A stretch of 64,000 nucleotides of DNA, from the NCBI GenBank assembly GCA_002773985.1, contig PEZW01000018.1:34240-98239 (forward strand), read 5' to 3'. The notes under the pieces are model-generated. The model did no database searches. It was not told where the DNA came from and worked only from the letters and a program-made list of their open reading frames with translations. The stretch comes from Candidatus Berkelbacteria bacterium CG10_big_fil_rev_8_21_14_0_10_43_13. GTDB lineage: Bacteria; Patescibacteriota; UBA1384; XYA2-FULL-43-10; 1-14-0-10-43-13. Shown here piece by piece: positions 36,239 to 45,487 of the stretch. Every line of letters starts with the position of its first letter. Positions within the stretch are counted from its first letter, which is position 1. The position numbers and the translations under genes were made by a program.

Positions 36239-37186
36239 ATGAGCACTCACTGTCAAATGATGGGCATCGATCTGTCGTGTTTTAGTCAGAATATTAAAGA
36301 GAAAAGTAGTTTGTTTATCCAAATTTTCATCAATGGTTTAGTCGCTGGCGCAATCTACGCTCTGATCGCGTCTGGTTTTTCGTTGATTTATTCGACCAAT
36401 AAATTTGTTCATTTTGCCCACGGCACCGTCGCGGTTTGGGGTGGTTATCTTCTGTACTGGTTTTATTCACTTTTAGGACTGGACTTTTGGCTCGCCGCTG
36501 TCCTGACAATCATTTCGACCGCTATCATTGGATTTTTACTCAATTTACTTTTTTACAAACCACTTAGAAAAAGGAAATCGAGTTCGTCGATTTTATTGAT
36601 CGCCAGCGTCGGACTTTTAATTTTGCTGGAATCACTTATTCAAATTTTCTTCGGAAATAATGTCAAAACAATTGGGTTTGTCCAGTCAAGAACGGGCATC
36701 TCGATTGCCGGTGGCTTAATCACGCCACTTCAAATCATAACAATCATCAGCGCGGTCATCCTTTTTATCTTTCTGACATGGTTTATGAATAAAACCAAGA
36801 CCGGCAAGGCGATGAGAGCTGTCGCCGACAACAAGGACGTGGCCGAGATCGTCGGGATTTCAGCAGAAAAAATTTATACTTGGTCTTTTGTAGTCGGCTC
36901 GGCTATCGCCGGCTTGGCCGGTATTTTGATCACACTTGAATACAATCTAACACCGACAATGGGAACAAACTTGATGATCAAAGGCTTCGCCGGCGCCATC
37001 ATCGGCGGCATCGGCAGCGTTCCTGGCGCTATCGCCGGCTCATTTTTTCTCGGTCTGGTCGAAAAATTCGGCATCTGGTTTTTACCTTCTGGTTTCCAAG
37101 ATGCTATTGCCTTCATTATTTTGTTTATTTTTCTATTATTTAAGTCAACTGGATTATTTACGGTCAAGAAAGAGGCAACAAAATGA
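36239..37186 (+). CDS. Branched-chain amino acid ABC transporter permease (LivH-like). True start possibly the TTG at about 36311.
   Basis: LivH-like N-terminus (IQIFINGLVAGAIYALIASGFSLIY) and 8-10 TM helices. Confidence 0.75.
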   Translation: MSTHCQMMGIDLSCFSQNIKEKSSLFIQIFINGLVAGAIYALIASGFSLIYSTNKFVHFAHGTVAVWGGYLLYWFYSLLGLDFWLAAVLTIISTAIIGFLLNLLFYKPLRKRKSSSSILLIASVGLLILLESLIQIFFGNNVKTIGFVQSRTGISIAGGLITPLQIITIISAVILFIFLTWFMNKTKTGKAMRAVADNKDVAEIVGISAEKIYTWSFVVGSAIAGLAGILITLEYNLTPTMGTNLMIKGFAGAIIGGIGSVPGAIAGSFFLGLVEKFGIWFLPSGFQDAIAFIILFIFLLFKSTGLFTVKKEATK

Positions 37187-38055
37187 TCTCGAGCTATTTT
37201 GGCGGATTACTGATAATGATTTCGATTTACTTGATTTTGGCACTGTCACTTCAACTCGCACTTGGCTTTTGTGGTTTGTTTAATCTCGGGTTTGTCGGCT
37301 TCTACGCTATCGGGGCTTATGCTTCCGCTCTTTTGGCTTTGTCCGGCCAACCGTTTTGGTTTTGCTTGCTCACCGCTGCTCTGGTACCAACAATCTTTGC
37401 TTATATACTTTCGACCGCAACCAATAAATTAAAAGGGGATTATCTCGCACTGGCAACGATGGGGTTTTCATTTGTGATCTACGCTGTCACTCTCAACTGG
37501 ATTGGACTGACCAAGGGTCCACTTGGACTACCCGGGATTCCGCGACCACAATTTTGGGGTATAGATTTCAACAACGACACAAACTTTTTAATTCTCTCTG
37601 CTCTGATCGCAATTTTAACTTATTTAATTCTACACAAAATTGCTTCATCGCCGTTTGGTAAAACACTCGAAGCCATCAGAGATGACGAATTGGCAGCCAA
37701 GAGCTTAGGTAAAAAGACAGCCACTGCCAAAAGCCTGGCCTTGATGATTTCAGCTTTTTTTGCTGGCATCGCCGGCTGCTTACTGGCATCTTATCTTTCA
37801 TACATCGATCCAACCTCTTTTATGTTTGTCAACTTGATTCCTATCCTAACCATTGTCGTTATCGGCGGACTTGCCTCTCTGCCCGGTACTGTCTTTGCAA
37901 CTATAATAATTGTCTTACTTCCTGAGCCGCTCCGCTTCATCGGCTTGCCATCATCACTGATCGGTCCGGGACGCCAATTGCTCTATGCCCTGTTTTTACT
38001 TTTAATACTTCTTTACAAACCAAAGGGGTTTTATGGAAAGGTTGAACTTGAGTAA
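37183..38055 (+). CDS. Branched-chain amino acid ABC transporter permease (LivM-like)
   Basis: Polytopic membrane protein with a LivM-like signature (LGFCGLFNLGFVGFYAIGAY). Start overlaps the upstream stop. Confidence 0.8.
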   Translation: MISSYFGGLLIMISIYLILALSLQLALGFCGLFNLGFVGFYAIGAYASALLALSGQPFWFCLLTAALVPTIFAYILSTATNKLKGDYLALATMGFSFVIYAVTLNWIGLTKGPLGLPGIPRPQFWGIDFNNDTNFLILSALIAILTYLILHKIASSPFGKTLEAIRDDELAAKSLGKKTATAKSLALMISAFFAGIAGCLLASYLSYIDPTSFMFVNLIPILTIVVIGGLASLPGTVFATIIIVLLPEPLRFIGLPSSLIGPGRQLLYALFLLLILLYKPKGFYGKVELE

Positions 38056-38782
38056 TATTTTGGAAATAAAAAATCTTAAGCGGTCATTTGGCGGCGTCAA
38101 AGCGGTTGACGGCTGTAGTTTTGAAATTGAGTCCGGCAAAATTATTGCCATGATAGGTCCAAATGGTTCAGGCAAGACAACCGTCTTTAATTTGATTTCC
38201 GGAATTTTATCTGTAGACTCAGGCAAAATAATCCTTGACGGATCCAATATCACTGATAATTCAGTTGAAGAAAGAGCCCGGTTGGGTATCTCGAGAATGT
38301 ATCAGCAATCGCGGCTGTTCAAAAATCTAACCGTCAAGGAAAATCTGTTGTTGGTGCTCGATCAGAGAAATTTTAATTTCTTTGCCAGGTCTAAGCCATC
38401 GACAGAACAGACAGAACAAATAAATGAAATTTTGGATTTATTTGAACTCAACAAAAAAATAAATATGCCGGTCAAAACTCTCAGCTTCGGTCAACGCCGA
38501 CTGATTGAAATTGCCCGAACATATCTCTTGCCACACAAAATTATGCTTCTCGATGAGCCGGTCGCCGGTGTTACGCCACATTTGCGAAACGAAATTTCAA
38601 AATTCTTAACCAAGCTTAAGGATGAGGGAGAGACTATTCTAATTATTGAACATGATATGAACTTTGTGTACAATTTAGTTGATGAGGTGGTGGTCATGGA
38701 TGCAGGTAAAATAATCGCACATGGCAATCCGGTTGAGATCGAGAAAAATCAAAAAGTCAAAGAAGCTTATCTCGGTGCATAA
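38033..38782 (+). CDS. ABC transporter ATP-binding protein (LivG-like)
   Basis: Walker A (GPNGSGKTT), signature (LSFGQRRLIEIAR), Walker B (LLDEPVAG). Confidence 0.85.
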   Translation: MERLNLSNILEIKNLKRSFGGVKAVDGCSFEIESGKIIAMIGPNGSGKTTVFNLISGILSVDSGKIILDGSNITDNSVEERARLGISRMYQQSRLFKNLTVKENLLLVLDQRNFNFFARSKPSTEQTEQINEILDLFELNKKINMPVKTLSFGQRRLIEIARTYLLPHKIMLLDEPVAGVTPHLRNEISKFLTKLKDEGETILIIEHDMNFVYNLVDEVVVMDAGKIIAHGNPVEIEKNQKVKEAYLGA

Positions 38783-38809
38783 ATGAATCTAGGCACCTAT
38801 CCGTCATTG

Positions 38810-38861
38810 CGAGCCAAGCCGATGAACATCGGCTGGCACGGCAATCTATGACTTTCGAAAT
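38810..38861. repeat. Second copy of the GTCATTGCGAGCCAAGCCGATG palindromic element
   Basis: Matches 35345-35397 with 2-3 mismatches. Confidence 0.45.
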
Positions 38862-38958
38862 GCAGAACTCAATTTATTAACATATTTTCCGATATATCAG
38901 ACAAGATGGAAATAAAATTTCTAAAATTTATGCAGAATTAATTTAAGAAGGTGGAGGA

Positions 38959-40143
38959 ATGGACAAAAAAGAAGAAGTGGAAGAACAGAAAAAAACCAAC
39001 TGGTGGCTACCAATCGGTTTAGTTATTTTATTGGTTGTATTTATCGGCGGGTTGTCGTGGTGGCAACAAAATAAAACGCCAAAGACCAATATTAAAATTG
39101 GAGTTATAGCACCACTGACAGGCGTAGCGGCACTTTATGGTCAGGGTTCGCTCGACATGATCAATATGGCTGTTGAAGAAATTAACAAAGCAGGTGGCAT
39201 CGACGGGCGAAATTTGAGTGTAGTTGCTGAAGATGGTAAATGTCAAGCTGATCAGGCCGTGATTGCTGCAAATAAGTTGATTCAGACTGACAAGGTTAAA
39301 TTTATTCTCGGTGGTCATTGTAGTAGTGAAACTGCCATAATCGCACCAATCTTGGACAAAAATAAAGTTTTTGGATTGGCCGGTGTTTCGACAGCCCCAG
39401 GAATTTTGGATAAATATTCTTATGTTTTTCGAACAAGTCCATCGAGTTCTGACCAATCAGCACAAATTGCACAGCTGGCTTATAATACTTACAATCTTAA
39501 AACAATCGCTACAATCACAGAACAGACAGCGTACGCAAAAGGTATTACTGATGATTTTATAAAAGATTTTGTCGCTTTGGGTGGAACAATTATCGACTCC
39601 GAGGAATATGCTTCAGGTCAAGCCGGTTTTCAAACCGAGTTAACAAAGATAAAGGCCGCCAAACCTGACGCGCTGTTCGTCTCTCCACAGGGGCAACCAA
39701 CTGCAATAGAAATTGCCAAAGAAATAAAAACTCTCAACATTACTGGAACACTTCTGGGTAATTCAGTTTTTGTTGGAAAGACGGTATACGCACAATCCGG
39801 TAATGCTCTCCCTGACGGAACATTTACTGTTGCTCCGTATGCTAATTTAACATCCAAAAATACAGCTGCATTAATTTCAAAATACAACGCTAAATATGGC
39901 AAGGATATTCCTTACAACAACTTTTTTGTTGGTGCGGCTTATGACGGTGTTTATATGCTAAAAAATGCATTGGTAAAATGCGGCGAAGATTCAACGTGTG
40001 TGAAGGATTACTTTTCTTCAATTAAAGATTACAACGGATCCGTTGCCACCTTTTCATTCAAGTCAAATGGTGACGCCGACATCAATAATTGGTACGAGCT
40101 GAAGTTGGTTGGTGGTAAGGAAGTATACTCAAAAGTTCAGTAA
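38959..40143 (+). CDS. Periplasmic substrate-binding protein (LivJ/K-like, type I PBP) with an N-terminal membrane anchor
   Basis: TM anchor, then IGVIAPLTGVAALYGQG and KFILGGHCSSETAII, typical of Leu/Ile/Val-binding proteins. Confidence 0.8.
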   Translation: MDKKEEVEEQKKTNWWLPIGLVILLVVFIGGLSWWQQNKTPKTNIKIGVIAPLTGVAALYGQGSLDMINMAVEEINKAGGIDGRNLSVVAEDGKCQADQAVIAANKLIQTDKVKFILGGHCSSETAIIAPILDKNKVFGLAGVSTAPGILDKYSYVFRTSPSSSDQSAQIAQLAYNTYNLKTIATITEQTAYAKGITDDFIKDFVALGGTIIDSEEYASGQAGFQTELTKIKAAKPDALFVSPQGQPTAIEIAKEIKTLNITGTLLGNSVFVGKTVYAQSGNALPDGTFTVAPYANLTSKNTAALISKYNAKYGKDIPYNNFFVGAAYDGVYMLKNALVKCGEDSTCVKDYFSSIKDYNGSVATFSFKSNGDADINNWYELKLVGGKEVYSKVQ

Positions 40144-40219
40144 TACAAAAATGATTTAATCTGCTCAAAAAGCTCATCTCTGGGCTTTTTTGAGTAGTTT
40201 GAGATATAATAAACTCATC

Positions 40220-41053
40220 ATGAAAAAGTCAAATTCCATAATCCTATTTGATCAAAAGAAAGTTCGCCGCACTTGGAATAAGGAGAGAGAGCTGTGGTAT
40301 TTTTCAGTCGTTGATGTTATTGAAATTTTAACCAATTCGACTATCCCAAAACGATACTGGAGTGATTTAAAAAATAAACTAAAAGACGAAGGAAGTGAGG
40401 TGTACGAAAAAATCGTACAACTGAAGTTTGTTGCCTCTGACGGTAAAAAATACGCGACAGACTGCTTTTCTACGGAAAATTTACTTCGTCTTGTTCAATC
40501 GATTCCCTCACCAAAGGCTGAGCCGTTTAAACTATGGCTGGCAAAAGTCGGATACGAGAGAATAGAAGAAACTGAGGATCCAGAGCTTGCTTTTGATCGG
40601 GCGATGAAAATTTATTTGCGAAAAGGTTATTCAAAGGAATGGATAAACCAGCGCTTGAAAAGTATTGAAGTACGCAAAGAGCTGACCGATGAATGGCACG
40701 AACGAGAAATGAAAGAGGGGCTGGAATACGCGATTTTAACGGATGAAATCACAAAAGCTTGGGCGGACAGGAGTGTCAGAGATTACAAAAAGCTGAAAAA
40801 ACTCAAAAAAGAAAATCTGAGAGATAATATGACCAATCTAGAGCTGATCTTGAATATGTTGGCCGAAGCCTCTACGATGGAAATTTCCAAAAAACAGAAG
40901 CCGACCGGATTACAAAAAAACAGGGAAGTGGCTCGAAAAGGTGGTTTAGCCGCAAAAAAAGCGCGATTAGAAGTGGAAAAGCAAACAGGTGAAAGTGTTG
41001 TGACTTCAAAGAATGCCAAAGTGTTGCGTCACGAGAACAAGAGACTAAAATAA
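40220..41053 (+). CDS. DNA-damage-inducible protein D-like (Bro-N domain) protein. Start taken at MKKSNS.
   Basis: Bro-N-like N-terminus (ELWYFSVVDVIEIL...SPKAEPFKLWLAKVGYERIEE) with a DinD-like size and layout. Located inside the liv operon. Confidence 0.55.
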   Translation: MKKSNSIILFDQKKVRRTWNKERELWYFSVVDVIEILTNSTIPKRYWSDLKNKLKDEGSEVYEKIVQLKFVASDGKKYATDCFSTENLLRLVQSIPSPKAEPFKLWLAKVGYERIEETEDPELAFDRAMKIYLRKGYSKEWINQRLKSIEVRKELTDEWHEREMKEGLEYAILTDEITKAWADRSVRDYKKLKKLKKENLRDNMTNLELILNMLAEASTMEISKKQKPTGLQKNREVARKGGLAAKKARLEVEKQTGESVVTSKNAKVLRHENKRLK

Positions 41054-41054
41054 T

Positions 41055-41759
41055 ATGCTAAAAATATCCTCTCTAAAATCCGGTTATGATGGTATGGAAA
41101 TTCTTCGCGGGGTTGATATTTATGTCGATCCGGGCGAGATTGTGGCATTGATCGGTACCAATGGAGCAGGCAAGTCGACATTACTCAAAAGCATTTTTAA
41201 CTTGGCAGATATCTATGATGGCCAAATTATTTTTAAAGACAAAGACATTACAAATCTACCAACACACGACTTGATTAGGGAGGGTATTAGCTTTGCTCCA
41301 CAGGGCAGACTGGTTTTTTCCGACATGACGGTGTTCGAAAATCTAGAGATGGGAGCTTTTATCTTTACCGACAAGGAGCTGGTCAAAAGAAATATTAAAG
41401 ATATATTTGAAAAATTCCCAACCCTTAAAGCAAAGCAGAAACATAACGCATCTACCCTTTCAGGGGGACAACAGCAATTGCTCTCAATCGCTCGTGCACT
41501 TGTTCAAAATCCTGAGTTACTACTCCTTGATGAACCATCACTTGGTCTTTCTCCAATCGCGATGAAAGAAGTGTTTAGTAAAATTGTTGAAATTAATCAT
41601 AGAAGTGTGTCAGTTTTAATTGTCGAACAAAACGTTAAACAGGCTGTCTCGATTGCAAACCGTACATACATACTTGAAAATGGGCGTGTCGCGCTTGAAG
41701 GAAATAAAGATATTTTAAAAAATCCCGAGACCAGCCAAATTTATTTTGGTCTAAAATAA
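41055..41759 (+). CDS. ABC transporter ATP-binding protein (LivF-like)
   Basis: Walker A (GTNGAGKST), signature (LSGGQQQLLSIAR), Walker B (LLLDEPSLG). Confidence 0.85.
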   Translation: MLKISSLKSGYDGMEILRGVDIYVDPGEIVALIGTNGAGKSTLLKSIFNLADIYDGQIIFKDKDITNLPTHDLIREGISFAPQGRLVFSDMTVFENLEMGAFIFTDKELVKRNIKDIFEKFPTLKAKQKHNASTLSGGQQQLLSIARALVQNPELLLLDEPSLGLSPIAMKEVFSKIVEINHRSVSVLIVEQNVKQAVSIANRTYILENGRVALEGNKDILKNPETSQIYFGLK

Positions 41760-41800
41760 GCAATAGTCCTACTTATTATTAAAGAGATTTATATTCAGAT

Positions 41801-42523
41801 TTACCGAATCTTTGCCATTTTGTACTTACCGTCATCCTGAAAATAGAGTTCTGAACCACGACTCCCGATAGCAAAGATGGTCGGCGTATCACTGGATAAT
41901 TTCACAAGGGCAGTGTCGTTTTGACCATTTGACTCGATAAGACGAATTTCTTTGCCCTGTTGATATACTATATGAGCAAGATCCGGATACCAGACTGCGC
42001 CCTGGACAGGTGATGCAAATCGAGTTACGAGTTGATTACCGACCCAAATCTCGTATTCATTGTACAACAATTGATCAGGGGCATTTGACGCCAGAACTTC
42101 GGTTGGTTCCGTCAAAATACCGATTTTATCCGGATCAGTCAGATCAGAAACAGGTATTTTCGAACGAAAAAGTATGATGTCACTAAATTCATTGACAGAC
42201 TGAGATCTCACCTGCAGACCAAGCTTCCATGACACATATCCAGATTTATCGACTGAAACATGATATAAACCGGGCGTCAGGTTTTCAACAAAACTTGAGG
42301 ATTCTTCCTGACGCAGATCATTTACGCTGATCGTCACATTTCGTGGCTGAAATTTGAGATAGAGTACGCCGGTTTTTACGACTCTGAAGGTTGAAAAATC
42401 GAAACGATAACCTTCAGCATAAAAGATAACACCAAGGGACATTAAAATAACAATGAATGCAACTATGGATTGTCCAAACAAAATTTTTGGCAGCAAACGT
42501 GTACGTCGATCATTTCTAACCAT
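41801..42523 (-). CDS. PEGA-domain membrane-anchored protein
   Basis: N-terminal TM helix, and a PEGA-like beta domain (NVTISVNDLRQ...TPGLYHVSVDKSGYVSWKLGLQV). Confidence 0.55.
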   Translation of the reverse strand: MVRNDRRTRLLPKILFGQSIVAFIVILMSLGVIFYAEGYRFDFSTFRVVKTGVLYLKFQPRNVTISVNDLRQEESSSFVENLTPGLYHVSVDKSGYVSWKLGLQVRSQSVNEFSDIILFRSKIPVSDLTDPDKIGILTEPTEVLASNAPDQLLYNEYEIWVGNQLVTRFASPVQGAVWYPDLAHIVYQQGKEIRLIESNGQNDTALVKLSSDTPTIFAIGSRGSELYFQDDGKYKMAKIR

Positions 42524-42538
42524 TTTGTGCTTTCATAA

Positions 42539-42779
42539 TATTGCAAACTGTAACTGCTCACTCGGCTGTCATTCCCGCCCCGTATCAGAGTACGGGATAA
42601 ACTCCGGCGGGTCATCGATTCTGAGGGATGAGCCCTCAGGCTCAGACTCGAATGAGAATCCAGGTGGCACAATCGCAACCGAACTTCCTGGATCCCCGGG
42701 CTTCACTCCCTCGCCCCGCCTAAGTCTCAAGGCGGGGCAAGTCACACCGCTGAAACCGAGGATGACAGAAAGGATGGAT
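42539..42779. repeat. MITE-like element (about 240 bp) with 11-bp perfect terminal inverted repeats GTAACTGCTCA/TGAGCAGTTAC and internal hairpins
   Basis: The terminal repeats are read directly. The interior shares GTCATTCCCGCC...GGATGACAG with the copies at 34150, 48641 and 50041. Confidence 0.55.
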
Positions 42780-42865
42780 GAGCAGTTACTGCAAATTGTC
42801 TTGTAACTTTACATTTATTACAATACAATAATAGCAAATAGTATAGAAAAAATAAATGAGGTTTT

Positions 42866-44128
42866 ATGGCAAAGTTCAAAATAACAGGACAAACAAAATT
42901 AAACGGTACCATCAAAATAGGTGGAGCAAAGAACGCAGCTTTAAAAATTTTACAAGCGGCAATTTTAGCAGATTCACCGTCAACCATTTCAAATGTGCCG
43001 AACATCTTGGATATAAATAAAAGCCTGGCAATCCTTGAAAGCATTGGTGCTAAAATTAAGCTTACAAACAACGTTGTAACGATCGACCCGACAGAGATAA
43101 AATCGTCACATCCAGATGAAAAATTAATGAAAAAATTGCGCGGATCAATCGTTCTGATCGGGGCACTTCTATCGAAATTCGGTCACGCCGTCTTTTCCCA
43201 GCCGGGTGGCTGTTTGATCGGTTCCAGACCGATCGACGACCATCTCGATTTATTCAAACAGCTCGGCGTCAAAATTACCTCCGACGACCATACTTTTTAT
43301 CTCGGCGGTAAACCACAAGCCGGAAAAATTGTCCTCAATAAAATGAGTGTTACCGCGACTGAAAACGCTATTTTGGCGACAGTTTTTTCCCCTGGAAAAA
43401 CCGAGATACATATAGCTGCAGCCGAGCCGGAAATCGCTGACTTGGCCAACTATTTGAATAAAATGGGGGCAAAAATCTCCGGCGCCGGCACTCATGTCAT
43501 CACTGTTGAGGGTGTGAGCAGTCTATCCGGAACAGATTATGAAGTCATGCCTGATCGGATAGAAGCGGGAACATATCTGGCCGCTGCGATTGCGACAAAT
43601 TCCGGGCTCGAGATTGGCCCAGTTATCAGTGACCATCTGTCCATCTATCTTAAAAAGATGAAAGACGCCGGAGCTAGTTTTTCAATAGTGAATCACAATG
43701 GCGCTGAATATATTAAAACTTCACGACACTCCGGTCTCACTGCTCAATCTATCGACACGCGTCCGTACCCGGGTTTTTCGACCGATCTCCAATCGCCTTA
43801 TGCAGTCCTGATGACTCAAGCAAAAGGATTGACAAATATTTTTGAAACCATGTTTGAAGGCCGATTTGCTTATCTCGAACAAGTAAGGAAAATGGGGGCG
43901 AGTACAGAGATCGTCAATACGCACGAATTTACCATTTCAGGTCCGTGCGAACTAACAGGGGCAGAGGTTTCTGGCGCTGACATCCGTGGAGGTGCCGCTC
44001 TAGTTATCGCTGCGTTGATTGCCAAAGGAGAAACAATTATCACCGATATCGAATTTGTTGATCGCGGCTATGAAAATATGGATAAAAAATTACGTGCCGT
44101 CGGCGCCGATATTGAACGAATTAGCTAG
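42866..44128 (+). CDS. murA: UDP-N-acetylglucosamine 1-carboxyvinyltransferase
   Basis: EPSP-synthase fold signature KITGQTKLNGTIKIGGAKNAALKIL and a catalytic Cys-containing loop. Length 420 aa. Confidence 0.9.
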   Translation: MAKFKITGQTKLNGTIKIGGAKNAALKILQAAILADSPSTISNVPNILDINKSLAILESIGAKIKLTNNVVTIDPTEIKSSHPDEKLMKKLRGSIVLIGALLSKFGHAVFSQPGGCLIGSRPIDDHLDLFKQLGVKITSDDHTFYLGGKPQAGKIVLNKMSVTATENAILATVFSPGKTEIHIAAAEPEIADLANYLNKMGAKISGAGTHVITVEGVSSLSGTDYEVMPDRIEAGTYLAAAIATNSGLEIGPVISDHLSIYLKKMKDAGASFSIVNHNGAEYIKTSRHSGLTAQSIDTRPYPGFSTDLQSPYAVLMTQAKGLTNIFETMFEGRFAYLEQVRKMGASTEIVNTHEFTISGPCELTGAEVSGADIRGGAALVIAALIAKGETIITDIEFVDRGYENMDKKLRAVGADIERIS

Positions 44129-44170
44129 CGACTAATTTTTAACTCTTAATTTTAAATCAATTTATATTTA

Positions 44171-44258
44171 TTACCACTGTTGTGTAGTTGTCATGCTGAA
44201 CTCGTTTCAGCATCTCGGAATCAAGCCGCGGGATCCCGAAACGAGTTCGGGATGACAT
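44171..44258. repeat. MITE-like element (TTACCACTGTTGTGTA terminus, GTCATGCTG...GGGATGAC hairpin)
   Basis: Shares its 16-nt terminus with the copies at 59738 and 63705. Confidence 0.45.
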
Positions 44259-44377
44259 AAAAGATTTAATTGTACAACATTAGTATTTATTCTAATTTTC
44301 TAACAATAGAACATTGGGATTTTATTAGAAATTAAGTCAAAGACTCCCCTTTGGGGGAAATTAGAAATTTTATTAGC

Positions 44378-45385
44378 ATGATCCGCAAAATAGCCATCGA
44401 TCTTGGAACCAACAATGTTCGAGTTTATATTCCCAAGAAGGGGATAGTTATTAGCGATCCTAGCGTTGTTGCTCTCCAGGCCGCTGACAACAAGGTTATG
44501 GCAATTGGCGAAGAAGCCAAGAAAATGATCGGACGAACCCCGGAGAGCATCATCGCTGCCAGTCCGCTCAGAGATGGTGCGATTGCCAGTTTCCATATCG
44601 CGGAAGCCATGCTCAAGCACTACATCGACAAAGTTTCTGGTAGTATCCGTCTTTTCAAACCAGACATTATGGTTTCGATTCCTGCCGGTGTCACTTCGAC
44701 AGAGAGACGTGCCGTTATCGATGCCTGTAACTCTGCTGGCGCCAAACAAACTTATTTGATCAAGCAACCAGTCGCCGCGGCACTAGGAGCAGGAATCCCG
44801 ATTGCCATTCCTGCCGGCAACATGATTATTGATATTGGTGGCGGTACTAGCGAAGTTGCCGTCATCTCACTCGGCGATGTCGTCGCTTCGACTTCCGTAC
44901 GCGTTGGTGGCAATAAATTTGATTCTGCTATTGCCAATTATGTTCGAAAAAAACACAATCTTATTATCGGCGATCAAACTGCTGAAGAGATCAAGATTAA
45001 GATCGGTTCAGCTCAACCGTTGAAAAAAGAGTTGAAAATGGAAGCCTCTGGGTCAAATTCTATTACTGGCCTACCTGAAAGCATCATTCTCTCATCAGAG
45101 GAAATCGTCGCAGCCATCAAAACACCACTTCTGGAGATTATCAACGCAGTCAAAGATGTTTTACAAAAAACCCCTCCAGAACTCGCTTCCGATATTATGG
45201 ATAAAGGGGTCATCTTGACCGGTGGCGGCTCGCTCCTTCGCAACATCGATGCGCTCTTGACAAAGGTCACAGGAGTTCCCTGTGAAGTAGCAAACAACCC
45301 GATGGAGTGTGTCGTTAAGGGGTCTGGAATTGCTCTCGAAAATCTCGACGCATTTAAGAAGTCAGTTCTTTGGTCCAAAAGCTAG
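44378..45385 (+). CDS. mreB: Rod shape-determining protein MreB (start taken at MIRKIAIDLGT)
   Basis: Actin-fold phosphate-1 motif IAIDLGTNNVRV and the MreB-specific blocks. Confidence 0.9.
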   Translation: MIRKIAIDLGTNNVRVYIPKKGIVISDPSVVALQAADNKVMAIGEEAKKMIGRTPESIIAASPLRDGAIASFHIAEAMLKHYIDKVSGSIRLFKPDIMVSIPAGVTSTERRAVIDACNSAGAKQTYLIKQPVAAALGAGIPIAIPAGNMIIDIGGGTSEVAVISLGDVVASTSVRVGGNKFDSAIANYVRKKHNLIIGDQTAEEIKIKIGSAQPLKKELKMEASGSNSITGLPESIILSSEEIVAAIKTPLLEIINAVKDVLQKTPPELASDIMDKGVILTGGGSLLRNIDALLTKVTGVPCEVANNPMECVVKGSGIALENLDAFKKSVLWSKS

Positions 45386-45487
45386 ATCATTCTACAAATT
45401 ACAAATTTAATACAAAAATACAAATATCGATAAACTGATTTGTATATTTGTAATCAGATTTGTAATATGTAGAGATTTGGAGCTATT

